Positions 8,543 through 18,525 of a stretch of 54,189 bases of DNA are shown here, piece after piece. Positions within the stretch are counted from its first letter, which is position 1. The number at the start of each line of letters is the position of its first letter. Origin of the DNA: Gammaproteobacteria bacterium. GTDB lineage: Bacteria; Pseudomonadota; Gammaproteobacteria; Magnimaribacterales; TMED112. The stretch spans positions 1 through 54,189 of the forward strand of contig PBBW01000001.1 in the NCBI GenBank assembly GCA_002716745.1, written 5' to 3'. Below the pieces are notes generated by a model, which saw only the letters and a program-made list of their open reading frames with translations, was not told the DNA's origin and searched no databases. The position numbers were made by a program, and so were the translations under genes.

Positions 8543-9790
8543 TTAAAATTTTAATGAGCCACCAACTTGGTACTCGATTACCCTAGTTTCAAAAAAGTTC
8601 TTCTCTTTTCTAAGATCCATTATTTCTGACATCCAAGGGAAAGGATTTTTTGCTCCAGGATATTCTTCTTCCAATCCAATCTGAACAAGTCTTCTATTGC
8701 AAATAAATTTTAGATATTCCTCCATCATCTTTGCGTTCATACCAAGAACACCTCTAGGCATAGAATCTCTTGCATAATCTATCTCGTATTGAGTTCCCTC
8801 CAAGATCATATGTCTGGCTCTAGAGATCATATCTTCGTCCCAAATCTCAGGGTTTTCATTTTTAATACTATTTATTACGTCTATCCCAAAGTTGACATGC
8901 ATTGATTCATCTCTAAGGATGTATTGAAATTGTTCAGAAACCCCTGTCATCTTATTGAGCCTTCCCATTGAAAGAACTTGCGTGAAACCACAATAAAAAA
9001 ACATTCCCTCTAAAACGCAGTAATAAGCAATTAGGTTTGCCAAAAAGATTTTGTCGTTTTCTAGTGTCCCTGTCCTAAAGTTTGGATCAGAAAGTTCTTT
9101 AGTATACTTTAGGCCCCAAGCTGCCTTTTTCTCTACTGACGGCACCTCTCGATACATATTAAATATCTCTCCTTCATCCATTCCCAAAGATTCAACACAG
9201 TACTGATATGCATGTGTATGTATTGCTTCTTCAAATGCCTGCCTTAAAAGGTATTGTCTGCATTCAGGATTGGTTATATTTCTATATACTGCAAGGACTA
9301 GATTGTTTGCTACCAATGAGTCTGCTGTTGAAAAGAAACCTAGACTTCTTTTTACAATTCTTCTTTCATCGTCAGATAGACCATCATTACTTCTCCATAA
9401 TGCTATGTCTTGTGTCATGTTTATCTCTTGTGGCATCCAGTGATTTGCACAGCCATCTAAATACTTTTTCCATGCCCACTCATATTTGAAAGGCACAAGC
9501 TGATTAAGGTCAGCTCTTGAATTGATCATTGCCTTTTGGTCGACTTGAACTCTTCCGTCTAAGGCCTCTAGATCTTCTTTAGCAAGTTTCATGTCCTCTT
9601 CTGTAAGAGTTGATTCCATTTTTTCGCTTGCAGGTTGCTCTACATTTTCTTCTACAAGATTTTGATTTTCTTGTACTTCATCTACGCTCTGTAACCTAGG
9701 ATCTGGCGAAGTCTTATTTTCTTCGCTATTCACTTCCTCTTTCTTTACCGGCGCTTCTTCGTTGTAGTAATCATTCCAATTCGTCTTCAT
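8543..9790 (-). CDS. nrdB: Ribonucleotide reductase class Ia beta subunit, with an acidic N-terminal extension
   Basis: Diiron ligand regions ([16 protein letters not shown]). Start set at MKTNWND, which is preceded by AGGAGGA; the longer ORF start would overlap the nrdA stop. Confidence 0.9.
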   Translation of the reverse strand: MKTNWNDYYNEEAPVKKEEVNSEENKTSPDPRLQSVDEVQENQNLVEENVEQPASEKMESTLTEEDMKLAKEDLEALDGRVQVDQKAMINSRADLNQLVPFKYEWAWKKYLDGCANHWMPQEINMTQDIALWRSNDGLSDDERRIVKRSLGFFSTADSLVANNLVLAVYRNITNPECRQYLLRQAFEEAIHTHAYQYCVESLGMDEGEIFNMYREVPSVEKKAAWGLKYTKELSDPNFRTGTLENDKIFLANLIAYYCVLEGMFFYCGFTQVLSMGRLNKMTGVSEQFQYILRDESMHVNFGIDVINSIKNENPEIWDEDMISRARHMILEGTQYEIDYARDSMPRGVLGMNAKMMEEYLKFICNRRLVQIGLEEEYPGAKNPFPWMSEIMDLRKEKNFFETRVIEYQVGGSLKF

Positions 9791-9798
9791 ATTTCCTC

Positions 9799-12600
9799 CT
9801 ATTGGCATGCCTCACAATCAGGATCAAGGATGCTGCAAGCTTGCGGTGCTTTTCCAGCAGTGACCTGAACCTCTTTGTTGCTATCTACGGCGTTTAAGTT
9901 ACTCCTCTCCACAGTCGATTTTTCGGTAGAGGTCGCTCCCATTGACCTCAGGTAGTATGTCGTCTTCAAACCCTTATACCATGCCATTCTGTAGGTAATA
10001 TCTAGCTTTTTACCATCTACATTAGCGATATATAAGTTTAGTGATTGTGCTTGGTCTATCCATTTTTGTCTTCTGCTTGCAGCCTCGACTATAAAGCGTG
10101 GTTCAACTTCAAAGGCTGTTTTAAATTTGTCTTTAACATCCTCAGGGATTCTATTAATTTGAGAAAGAGAACCCTCATAATACTTGAGGTCACTTAACAT
10201 GACGTCATCCCATAGTTCTTGCTTTTTCAGCTCTTCAATTAGATAAGGGTTTACCACAGTAAACTCACCTGACAAGTTAGATTTTACAAATAAGTTTTGA
10301 TATGTTGGTTCTATTGATTGTGATACTCCTGTTATGTTTGCAATTGTTGCTGTTGGGGCAATTGCCATAACGTTAGAATTACGCATTCCTACTTCTTTAA
10401 CAGCTTCTCGAAGCACCTTCCAATCTAGTGTAGTTTCAGTATTTTGGTCTAAAAATTCTTTCCCTCTCTGTTTGCTTAAAAGTTCGATAGAGTCTATTGG
10501 AAAAATACCTTGATCCCAAAGAGAACCTTTATATGTCTCGTAAGTACCTCTTTCTCTAGCAAGCTCAGAAGATGCTTCTATAGCAAAATAACTTATAAGC
10601 TCCATGGACTTATCTGCAAATTCAACTGCCTCATCAGAGTTATATGAAATACCAATTTTATAGAGAGCATCTTGGAATCCCATCAAACCCAAACCAACAG
10701 GCCTATGTTTCTTATTTGAATTTTCTGCTTGTGGAACTGGATAGTAATTTATGTCTATGACGTTATCGAGCATCCTAAGTGCGGTTTTTACAGTTTTTTT
10801 CAGCTGTTCGACATTAATCCTTCCATCCTTTATGTGTTGTGGAAGGTTAATGCTGCCTAAATTACAAACTGCTATCTCTTCTTCATTTGTATTAAGGGTT
10901 ATTTCTGTACACAGATTTGAAGAATGCACTGTGCCAACATGACCTTGTGGTGATCTAACATTGCAAGGGTCCTTAAAAGTAATCCATGGGTGTCCTGTTT
11001 CGAATAACATTGATAACATTTTTCTCCATAAGGCGACGGCAGGGATTTTTTTATATATTCCAAGCTCATTGTTTTCTGCCTTTTCTTCATATTCTTCATA
11101 CTTTTTATCAAATTCAGATCCATATAGGTCATGAAGCTCTGGCACTTCTGATGGAGAGAAAAGAGTCCACTCTTGCTCATTTTCTAACCGTTTCATAAAA
11201 AGGTCTGGTATCCAATTTGCTGTATTCATGTCATGTGTTCTTCTTCTGTCATCTCCAGTATTTTTCCTTAGGTCTAAAAACTCTTCCACATCAAGATGCC
11301 AGCATTCTAGGTAAGCACAAAAGGCACCCTTTCTTTTTCCTCCCTGGTTTACAGCAACTGCTGTATCGTTAGAAACTTTAAGAAACGGCACTATTCCTTG
11401 GCTTTTTCCATTTGTCCCTTTTATTCTTGACCCTAAAGCTCTCACATTTGTCCAGTCATTCCCTAGGCCGCCTGCCCACTTTGAAAGCAGAGCATTATCT
11501 CTTATAGCCCCATAAATCCCAGAGAGATCATCTGGAACTGTTGTTAGATAACAAGAAGAAAGCTGGGGTCTGTGTGTACCAGAATTAAACAATGTTGGTG
11601 TTGAGCTCATGTAATCGAAGCTTGAGAGGAGATTGTAAAATTCGATTGCTCTTTCATTCTTTTCAGCTTCATTTATTGCAAGCCCCATAGATACACGCAT
11701 CAAAAAAACTTGGGGTAATTCGTATCTCACATCTTCAGAGGTAATAAAGTAACGATCATATAAAGTTTGTAGCCCAAGATATGTAAAATTAAAATCTTTG
11801 GATTGATCAATTGATTCCGATATTTTTTTTAAGTCAAATTCTTTAAGCTGCTTGTTAAGAAAACCAAGCTCTATACCTTTATCAACTGTCTTATTTAGTG
11901 CCTCTGCATACATTGCAGATCTATTCGTCTTTGTTTTCCTATCAATTTTCAAGAAATCCAAAACTTCATTTTCAATATTGTTTAAAAGGATTCTTGCTGT
12001 GACATACGAATAATTAGGCTCTTTTTCAACTAATGTCCTAGCGGATATTACCATGCAATCAGCAAGATCTTTTTCTGTCATTCCTTCGTAAGAAGCAGAT
12101 CTTATTTCATCAATTAGAGTTTCTGGTTCTACATCTTCTAAGCCCTCGCATGCTTTCAATACCACTGTCGCTATTTCATCATTTGCTTTTTCTTCTTTTA
12201 CCTCCTCGATTGGTTGCTCTGTTCTTTCATTCTTCCTGGCCTCTCTATATAAAACATAGCTTCTAGCCACTTTATGGTGTTCGCTTCTCATTAATTGGAG
12301 CTCAACTTGGTCTTGGATTTCCTCTATGTGAAGTGTTCCTCCTGATGGCATTCTTCTTTCAAAGACGTCCACCACAGCTTTTGTTAATACGTCTACATTC
12401 TCATGTATGCGAGATGATGCTGCTGCAGCCCCACCTTCTACTGCAAGAAAAGCTTTCATTATTGCAACTTTAATTTTTTCTTCTTCGAAAGAAACAACCT
12501 TTCCATTTCTTTTAATCACTCTCATTTTTCCAGGAGTCAGAGCAATGTTGCTAACTGATTCACTTTCTGCTTTGTTTTCTTTTGTAATTTGTTGTTCCAT
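9799..12600 (-). CDS. nrdA: Ribonucleotide reductase class Ia alpha subunit with an ATP-cone
   Basis: ATP-cone ([16 protein letters not shown]), the NLCTEI active-site loop, and a C-terminal CxxC redox tail (CEAC). Confidence 0.95.
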   Translation of the reverse strand: MEQQITKENKAESESVSNIALTPGKMRVIKRNGKVVSFEEEKIKVAIMKAFLAVEGGAAAASSRIHENVDVLTKAVVDVFERRMPSGGTLHIEEIQDQVELQLMRSEHHKVARSYVLYREARKNERTEQPIEEVKEEKANDEIATVVLKACEGLEDVEPETLIDEIRSASYEGMTEKDLADCMVISARTLVEKEPNYSYVTARILLNNIENEVLDFLKIDRKTKTNRSAMYAEALNKTVDKGIELGFLNKQLKEFDLKKISESIDQSKDFNFTYLGLQTLYDRYFITSEDVRYELPQVFLMRVSMGLAINEAEKNERAIEFYNLLSSFDYMSSTPTLFNSGTHRPQLSSCYLTTVPDDLSGIYGAIRDNALLSKWAGGLGNDWTNVRALGSRIKGTNGKSQGIVPFLKVSNDTAVAVNQGGKRKGAFCAYLECWHLDVEEFLDLRKNTGDDRRRTHDMNTANWIPDLFMKRLENEQEWTLFSPSEVPELHDLYGSEFDKKYEEYEEKAENNELGIYKKIPAVALWRKMLSMLFETGHPWITFKDPCNVRSPQGHVGTVHSSNLCTEITLNTNEEEIAVCNLGSINLPQHIKDGRINVEQLKKTVKTALRMLDNVIDINYYPVPQAENSNKKHRPVGLGLMGFQDALYKIGISYNSDEAVEFADKSMELISYFAIEASSELARERGTYETYKGSLWDQGIFPIDSIELLSKQRGKEFLDQNTETTLDWKVLREAVKEVGMRNSNVMAIAPTATIANITGVSQSIEPTYQNLFVKSNLSGEFTVVNPYLIEELKKQELWDDVMLSDLKYYEGSLSQINRIPEDVKDKFKTAFEVEPRFIVEAASRRQKWIDQAQSLNLYIANVDGKKLDITYRMAWYKGLKTTYYLRSMGATSTEKSTVERSNLNAVDSNKEVQVTAGKAPQACSILDPDCEACQ

Positions 12601-12650
12601 AGGTCTATTGTGTATTCTTCATTAGTTTGGTACTACAATCAAGGCTTTTA

Positions 12651-12666
12651 ACACAATATATTGTGT
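12651..12666 (-). promoter_or_regulatory. NrdR box 1, a perfect palindrome ACACAATATATTGTGT
   Basis: Matches the NrdR box consensus acaCwAtATaTwGtgt and lies 51 nt upstream of the nrdA start. Confidence 0.8.
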
Positions 12667-12681
12667 TTTTTTGTATCGTGC

Positions 12682-12697
12682 ACACAATATGATGGGG
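12682..12697 (-). promoter_or_regulatory. NrdR box 2 (ACACAATATGATGGGG), with one half-site conserved and the other degenerate
   Basis: Centre-to-centre spacing to box 1 is 31 bp, as is typical for tandem NrdR boxes. Confidence 0.55.
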
Positions 12698-12703
12698 TTT
12701 TCT

Positions 12704-12712
12704 TGTGGATAT
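12704..12712 (-). promoter_or_regulatory. DnaA-box-like 9-mer (ATATCCACA on the minus strand, one mismatch to TTATCCACA)
   Basis: Read directly from the sequence. It lies upstream of nrdAB, where DnaA boxes are known in E. coli. Confidence 0.4.
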
Positions 12713-12789
12713 CTTTGGGATAAATTGGGGTTTTTTTTAAAAAAATATATTAAAAAGGTCTGTAAATAGGTATCATCAGAAACTTCTAC

Positions 12790-13983
12790 ATGATGAAAAT
12801 TCAAGTATTAAATAACATTTCTAATTATGGCCTCAAAATTCTTGAGGATAAATCATTTGACTTAATCAAAGGCGAAAAAATAGAAGACTGCGATGGAATC
12901 GTATTAAGAAGTTTTCCTCTTAAGAACATAGATATCCCAAAGTCTACCCTTGCTGTTTCTAGAGCAGGAGCAGGCACTAACAACATTGATATACAAAAAT
13001 GCACAGATGGCGGCGTTGTTGTTTTCAACACTCCAGGGGCAAATGCAAATGCAGTTAAAGAGATGGTAATTTGCTCGTTGATTCTTGGAAAGCGAGACTT
13101 GGTCTCAGGCAATAAAACAATTGATTCAGTAGATATTGACAACCTATCTGAAAGCGAAATATCAAAAAAATTCGAGGATATGAAAAAAGCTTTTGTTGGC
13201 CAAGAAATTAAAGGTAAGACTCTTAGTGTTATCGGTTTGGGGGCAATTGGTTCGATGGTTGCAGAGCAAGCAATTCAGCTTGGCATGAATGTTCAAGGTT
13301 TTGATCCAGGAATTACTGTGGAAACTGCTCTTAGATTACCAAGAGATATAAAAATTAAAAAAACTATCGATGAAGCATTTAAAAAAAGTGATTACATCAG
13401 TTTGCATATACCGCTCAATGAGAGGACAAAAGGGCTAATCAATAAAAAATTTATTCTAATGGCAAATCAGGACTCTGTCTTAATTAACTTCTCTCGTGGT
13501 GGAATTGTTGATGAGAGATCGATTCTAGAGATGCTAGATTCAAATCATATTTCTAAATACATAACCGATTTTCCAACGAAAACCCTTATCCAAAGATTAA
13601 ATCAAAAAAGAGATGTAATTATTTTTCCACATTTAGGTGCGAGCACAAAAGAAAGTGAAATAAATTGTGCTTTGATGGCATGCGAGCAGATGGCATTGTT
13701 TTTAGAAACAGGAAAGATAAATAATAGTGTAAACTTTCCAAATATTTCATCACCACAAATTGGCAAACGTAGATTATTTATATCAAATGAAAACAAACCA
13801 GGAATCATAAGTAAGATTGCTGAGGTGTTAGCAGATGATGGTGTAAATATTCTAGAATTTGTCAATAAAAGTAGGGGAAAGGTTGCCTGCAATCTAATCG
13901 ATTCAGACGATGAAATTTCAGATGATACTCTCTTAAAACTAAGTAGAATAAAGGGTGTGTCAAATGCAAGGCTTTGCTACTAA
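12790..13983 (+). CDS. serA: D-3-phosphoglycerate dehydrogenase with a C-terminal ACT domain
   Basis: 2-hydroxyacid dehydrogenase NAD motif (GLGAIGSMVA), FSRGGIVDE, PHLGAST, and an ACT-like tail ending ...ARLCY as in E. coli SerA (...ARLLY). Confidence 0.8.
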   Translation: MMKIQVLNNISNYGLKILEDKSFDLIKGEKIEDCDGIVLRSFPLKNIDIPKSTLAVSRAGAGTNNIDIQKCTDGGVVVFNTPGANANAVKEMVICSLILGKRDLVSGNKTIDSVDIDNLSESEISKKFEDMKKAFVGQEIKGKTLSVIGLGAIGSMVAEQAIQLGMNVQGFDPGITVETALRLPRDIKIKKTIDEAFKKSDYISLHIPLNERTKGLINKKFILMANQDSVLINFSRGGIVDERSILEMLDSNHISKYITDFPTKTLIQRLNQKRDVIIFPHLGASTKESEINCALMACEQMALFLETGKINNSVNFPNISSPQIGKRRLFISNENKPGIISKIAEVLADDGVNILEFVNKSRGKVACNLIDSDDEISDDTLLKLSRIKGVSNARLCY

Positions 13984-14022
13984 AAAAACAGCATTTTTTT
14001 TGTTACAAACTATTGCTTTCCA

Positions 14023-14074
14023 CACAGGTCACTAAAAAAGATATTCTTATGAATTCTTGTGCCTGTTTTTTTTT
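14023..14074 (+). terminator. Rho-independent terminator candidate downstream of serA
   Basis: CACAGGTCAC ... GTGCCTGT stem (8 bp, one bulge) enclosing a small inner hairpin, immediately followed by T9. Confidence 0.55.
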
Positions 14075-14203
14075 GAATTCAAACAAAAATCCCTGAAAGT
14101 ACCATTTTTCCTATACTGATATAGGTTGGTTATTTTTTGATCAATATCTTTAATCTAAGAGTTAATAAGCCTTTTTAAAAAAAATATTAACTTTTCCCCA
14201 AAG

Positions 14204-14226
14204 TTATCCACAGTTTCTGTGGATAA
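14204..14226. promoter_or_regulatory. Two perfect consensus DnaA boxes in inverted orientation: TTATCCACA-gtttc-TGTGGATAA
   Basis: Exact 9-mers read from the sequence, 27 nt upstream of the ung start. Confidence 0.7.
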
Positions 14227-14252
14227 AAAAAATATGTTATTTTTAAGAAGCT

Positions 14253-14909
14253 ATGGATAATTTTTTTTGGAATAAATTTATATTAAATCAAACCTCCCAA
14301 GATTACTTTCTAAAGATAAAAAATAGGCTGCTAGATGACCATAAAAATGGATATGCCATTTTTCCTGACCCAAAAGATTTTTTTAGAGCATTTGAAGTAT
14401 GCCCATACGAAAAAACTAAAATTGTTATACTCGGGCAAGATCCATATCATACAAAAGGTATTGCTGATGGCCTTGCATTTTCATCAAAAAATATCGACAT
14501 AATACCACCTTCTTTAAGAAATATTTTTAAAGAAATTAAGGATGATGTCGGTGTAAACAACAACACATCTAATCTAACAAAATGGTCAGAGCAAGGTGTT
14601 CTTTTATTAAATACATCGTTATCAGTCTGTGAAGGCATTCCTAACTCTCATTCAAATATTGGATGGGAAAATTTTACTGATCTTGCTTTGAGAAAGTTAA
14701 GCAAACAGAATAATCTTGTCTATATGCTTTGGGGTGCACATGCGCGATCAAAAAAAAGCCTCATTGGTAATTCTGGTTTAATTCTTGAATCTTCTCATCC
14801 ATCACCATTGTCTGCACATAAAGGATTTTTAGGATCAAGGCAATTTTCAAAGGCTAATCTTTACTTGAGTAAACTTAAGAAAACTCCCATAGACTGGCAA
14901 TTGGCTTAA
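14253..14909 (+). CDS. ung: Uracil-DNA glycosylase, family 1
   Basis: GQDPYH water-activating loop and the HPSPLSA leucine-intercalation loop. Confidence 0.95.
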   Translation: MDNFFWNKFILNQTSQDYFLKIKNRLLDDHKNGYAIFPDPKDFFRAFEVCPYEKTKIVILGQDPYHTKGIADGLAFSSKNIDIIPPSLRNIFKEIKDDVGVNNNTSNLTKWSEQGVLLLNTSLSVCEGIPNSHSNIGWENFTDLALRKLSKQNNLVYMLWGAHARSKKSLIGNSGLILESSHPSPLSAHKGFLGSRQFSKANLYLSKLKKTPIDWQLA

Positions 14910-15588
14910 TTGTATTTTCTTTTGTGATTTCAGCCCCCTCTCTCAACATAAATTGATAAAATATACTCTCCTTAATTTTTGCGCTGAAGAGAAACTTTCC
15001 TTCTTTTTCAAGATACTTGAAATTTTTATTTGATATGTCCTTGAAAATTACAGGTTTAATTGACCCTTTGGACAAATAATTAATTCTTGCAATAATTTCT
15101 TGACCACGGTAACAGCCCTTATCAAACGATACATAGTCTTCTAGATTATAACCAAGCTCGTTTACTCTAAATTTATTGGATATTGACTCATAGATATCAA
15201 TATCAAAATTCACAATTTTTAGCCTGTCCCATTCGTCGTCTTTATTATCTGTTTTCTTTGATCCAAGATGTACGAAAAATTTTCCATTAGAAAATTCTCC
15301 ATAGCTTTCGACATCCTTTACTTCTATAGAACATCTATAAAATTTTATGAACTTCTTTAAGTTCTCTTCCAGGATGCGGTGAACCCCTTTTTTCACCATG
15401 ATTAAAGCAGAATCATTTAAAATAACGTATGCATTTGTAATAACGTAGCCCTTTTCGTCACAAAAAAGGGTTTTGAATTTTATAGGTGATTGAGTTATGT
15501 CAGAAGTAATTTGCCCTTGCAAAAAATCACTTACCCTTTCCCCTGATATTTCCAAAGCAGTATAATTATTTAATTGAAAAAAACTCAT
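14875..15588 (-). CDS. ygfZ: Folate-binding tRNA-modification/Fe-S protein YgfZ
   Basis: KGCYRGQEIIAR signature and divergent neighbour sdhE, as in E. coli. Start set at MSFFQLNNY by alignment to the E. coli N-terminal region; the longer start at 15639 remains possible. Confidence 0.75.
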   Translation of the reverse strand: MSFFQLNNYTALEISGERVSDFLQGQITSDITQSPIKFKTLFCDEKGYVITNAYVILNDSALIMVKKGVHRILEENLKKFIKFYRCSIEVKDVESYGEFSNGKFFVHLGSKKTDNKDDEWDRLKIVNFDIDIYESISNKFRVNELGYNLEDYVSFDKGCYRGQEIIARINYLSKGSIKPVIFKDISNKNFKYLEKEGKFLFSAKIKESIFYQFMLREGAEITKENTIKPIASLWEFS

Positions 15589-15823
15589 GGATAAACTATT
15601 ACTCGTTAAACAACTTAATTTTAAAGCAAGAAGGGGCATGAAGGAAACCTCAAATATTGTAAGAAAATTAATTGATCACGTTGATGATATGACAGAGCAA
15701 GATTTATTAGAGCTTCAAAAATTTATAAATTTAGACGACCAAAAAATGTTTGACTATATCTTCAAGGAACGAGAAATATTTTTTAGAGAGTTTTCAAGGC
15801 TAAAAAAATATTTCCTAATTTGA
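15587..15823 (+). CDS. sdhE: Succinate dehydrogenase flavinylation factor SdhE (YgfY)
   Basis: ARRGMKE (RGxxE) motif at the same distance from the N-terminus as in E. coli SdhE, with similar size. Confidence 0.75.
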   Translation: MDKLLLVKQLNFKARRGMKETSNIVRKLIDHVDDMTEQDLLELQKFINLDDQKMFDYIFKEREIFFREFSRLKKYFLI

Positions 15824-15853
15824 ACTTATTAAACATTAGAATATCAAAGTAGT

Positions 15854-16396
15854 ATGAAAAAAAATAATATCTCAGACCTTGTAAAGCTTTCTCAAGAGGG
15901 GAGCAATACAGCATTTGAGGTTTTATTTACGACTTTTAAAACAAGACTACACCATTCTCTATTTAAAATTCTCAAAAACTTTCATGAAACAGAAGACATA
16001 GTTCAACAAGCTTTTTTAAGAGCCTGGGAAAAGATAGGTACATTCAAGGGTCAATCAAATTTTTACACATGGTTATATAGAATTGGTTTTAACCTTGCAA
16101 TAACAAAGATAAAAAGTTCAAAAGAAAACCAACTAGATGAAGGGTTTGAGCAAACCCTGAAATCTAAAGACAATATTCTTGGTGAAATTGAGCATGGGCA
16201 ATTTGCACATGAAGTAAAGAAATTATTAGATCAGATGCCTGAGGAGCAGAGGAATGCCTATATTCTTTGCGAAGTTGACGGGAAAAATTATGATGAGATT
16301 GCATTTATAGTTGGTGTGCCTGTAGGAACAGTCCGTTCGAGGATATTCAGGGCAAGACAATTTTTAATAGAGAATTTAAAGAATACAAATGAATAA
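15854..16396 (+). CDS. rpoE: ECF sigma factor, RpoE/AlgU type
   Basis: Sigma-70 region 2 (DIVQQAFLRAWEKI..F) and region 4 (GKNYDEIAFIVGVPVGTVRSRIFRAR), followed by an anti-sigma gene and an HtrA protease gene. Confidence 0.85.
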   Translation: MKKNNISDLVKLSQEGSNTAFEVLFTTFKTRLHHSLFKILKNFHETEDIVQQAFLRAWEKIGTFKGQSNFYTWLYRIGFNLAITKIKSSKENQLDEGFEQTLKSKDNILGEIEHGQFAHEVKKLLDQMPEEQRNAYILCEVDGKNYDEIAFIVGVPVGTVRSRIFRARQFLIENLKNTNE

Positions 16397-17129
16397 TATT
16401 TCAGATTACGATTTTAGAAGAATCTCATCTTTTATTGACGGAGAGCTAAGCTATAAGGAAGTGGTTGCTTTAGTAGCTGATATGGATAGTAACACCTCTC
16501 TTAAAGAAACATACTTTTCTCTTATAGAGCTAAGCGAAGCAACTTCACAAATTAAGAATATCGGCATTAAGCAAAAATTAAAAAATATATCTTTCAGAGC
16601 AATTCTTAAGAGCATTTTCCAAAGAATCATTCTTCCAGGCGCAGTATTTACTGCAGGAGTGCTCCTGAGTTATTCAGTGATAATAAGTGTTACTGAAACA
16701 ACGAATAAGCCAATAGAGCCGACCAATCTAATTACACAAGCAATATCATCTATTGAAGCAAAACAAACACTTGAGAACGTTCAGAATGAGGAGATATTAA
16801 AATTTGCTTCTCAGCACTATACTCCAATTTCACAAGGCAATACTGGACTTCTTCCAGTAGGATATAAGCCTAGTTGGGTTCCATCTGGCTTCAAGAGCGA
16901 TCCAAATAAAGGTAATAAGTATATAAACTCCTTAAAAAGGAAACAGTTCTCTATATTCATAAGCAATAAAGGAACATCAGATTTACCGGATGGAGAGTAC
17001 ATTAAAGAAAATTTTATTTTGATAAAAAAGACACGAAAATTTGGAAATCAATCTCAAACGATTACAATCTTTGGTGATATAGATATTGAATCTGGAAAAA
17101 AAATCCTTAACTCAATTCAACCCAGATAA
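16389..17129 (+). CDS. Anti-sigma-E factor: RseA-like N-terminus, one TM segment, and a periplasmic domain with RseB/MucB C-terminal-like motifs
   Basis: N-terminal SSFIDGELS anti-sigma motif, a TM segment near residue 85-105, and C-terminal GYKPSWVPSGF ... TITIFGDIDIESGKKILNSI. Overlaps the rpoE stop. Confidence 0.65.
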   Translation: MNNISDYDFRRISSFIDGELSYKEVVALVADMDSNTSLKETYFSLIELSEATSQIKNIGIKQKLKNISFRAILKSIFQRIILPGAVFTAGVLLSYSVIISVTETTNKPIEPTNLITQAISSIEAKQTLENVQNEEILKFASQHYTPISQGNTGLLPVGYKPSWVPSGFKSDPNKGNKYINSLKRKQFSIFISNKGTSDLPDGEYIKENFILIKKTRKFGNQSQTITIFGDIDIESGKKILNSIQPR

Positions 17130-17142
17130 AAAAAATCAAATA

Positions 17143-18525
17143 ATGAAAATTAAAATATTTTTAACACTACTTACAATTTTTATTCTGCCTGCAAATAATC
17201 TTGATTTTTCAGATTTAGTAGAAAGACAAAAAAGCTCTGTTGTGAATATTGAGTCTACAAAGAAAATCAATGTTTCAAGACGTAATGCAAGCGGTTTTCC
17301 AGAGGAGCTTTTTAGAGAATTTGGATTGCCGATGCCAGAATATGAAGAACCCAGATCTAGACAAAGAGAAGCCGTAAGCACTGGTTCTGGATTTGTTATT
17401 ACTAATGATGGTTACGTTGTAACAAATTACCATGTTGTTCAAGATGCAGATGAAGTAGTTGTTAAATTTCTGGATAGAAAGGAATTCAAAGCAAACGTTA
17501 TTGGAATGGATGAGCTAAGTGATATTGCGCTACTAAAAATAGATGCATCAAATTTGGATCCTGTTTCTGTTGGCAATTCTGATGTTGTTGAACAGGGCGA
17601 TGGTGTTATAGCAATTGGGTCTCCATATAATTATGATTTTTCAGTCACATTTGGAATAATTAGTGCAAAGGGCAGGGGAATTACATCAGGAAGAGGCATA
17701 GGAGATTATGTTCCGTATTTACAAACAGATGCTGCCGTAAATAGGGGTAATTCTGGAGGACCGTTATTTAACCTTGATGGTCAAGTTATAGGGATTAACT
17801 CACAAATCTACTCGAGGTCCGGAGGTAATGAGGGGCTCGCTTTTGCTATTCCCATAAATGTTGCACTAGAAGTTGTTGAGCAATTAAAAGATTCTGGAAG
17901 GGTTTCCAGGGGATATCTTGGAGTTCAGGGAGGAGAGGTTTCTAGTGATCTTGCAGAAGCACTAGGAATGGAGAAACCTTTTGGAGCACTAGTAAGATCA
18001 GTAGTTCCGGGCGAAGCTGCTGAATTAGGAGGTATACAGCCGGGGGATGTAATTGTTTCTATAGGAAATAAGGAGATCATTTACTTCAAGGATTTACAAC
18101 ACACCATTGGAAGAACAAAACCTAATACGTCTGTTTCAACAAAACTTTTTAGAGAGGGAAGATATCAAACCCTGAAGATTGTAGTAGGTGAGCTTCCCAC
18201 TGCTGAAAGAGATCTAGAAGTTGAACCTAAATCAAGAGATCTTAATTATCCACTTGGCTTAAAATTAAGAAGCCTACAAGAAGAAAGCGAAGAAGAAATT
18301 AAATCTGGAGTCAGAGTGCTTGAAGTTACGTCAAATTCTCCAGCTTTCGGCCAAATTTTTGAGGGTGATATCATTACTAAAATTACCTTTAAAAATAAAA
18401 CCTTTGATATTTCCAATATTAATGATTTTACAAAAACTATTGAATCGTTTGATACAGGCGACATAATTCTTATAATTGGTACCCGTAGTGGAATCAATAT
18501 ATTTGAGCCTGTAGAAATTGGATAA
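17143..18525 (+). CDS. degP: Periplasmic serine endoprotease of the HtrA/DegP/MucD family with two PDZ domains
   Basis: Signal peptide and the catalytic triad context (TNYHVV, DIALLKI, GNSGGPL). Start set at MKIKIFL after the upstream stop. Confidence 0.85.
   Translation: MKIKIFLTLLTIFILPANNLDFSDLVERQKSSVVNIESTKKINVSRRNASGFPEELFREFGLPMPEYEEPRSRQREAVSTGSGFVITNDGYVVTNYHVVQDADEVVVKFLDRKEFKANVIGMDELSDIALLKIDASNLDPVSVGNSDVVEQGDGVIAIGSPYNYDFSVTFGIISAKGRGITSGRGIGDYVPYLQTDAAVNRGNSGGPLFNLDGQVIGINSQIYSRSGGNEGLAFAIPINVALEVVEQLKDSGRVSRGYLGVQGGEVSSDLAEALGMEKPFGALVRSVVPGEAAELGGIQPGDVIVSIGNKEIIYFKDLQHTIGRTKPNTSVSTKLFREGRYQTLKIVVGELPTAERDLEVEPKSRDLNYPLGLKLRSLQEESEEEIKSGVRVLEVTSNSPAFGQIFEGDIITKITFKNKTFDISNINDFTKTIESFDTGDIILIIGTRSGINIFEPVEIG

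Noticed and set aside
12622-12804. 60-aa minus-strand ORF in the nrdA-serA spacer
   Set aside because: It spans the NrdR and DnaA boxes and the serA start, has no ribosome-binding site and no family resemblance. The region is better explained as regulatory DNA.
13984-14252. Chromosomal replication origin (oriC) in the serA-ung spacer
   Set aside because: There are only two strong DnaA boxes, no recognisable array of AT-rich 13-mers, only one GATC, and the flanking genes are not those typical of oriC. It is kept as a DnaA-binding element of unknown role.
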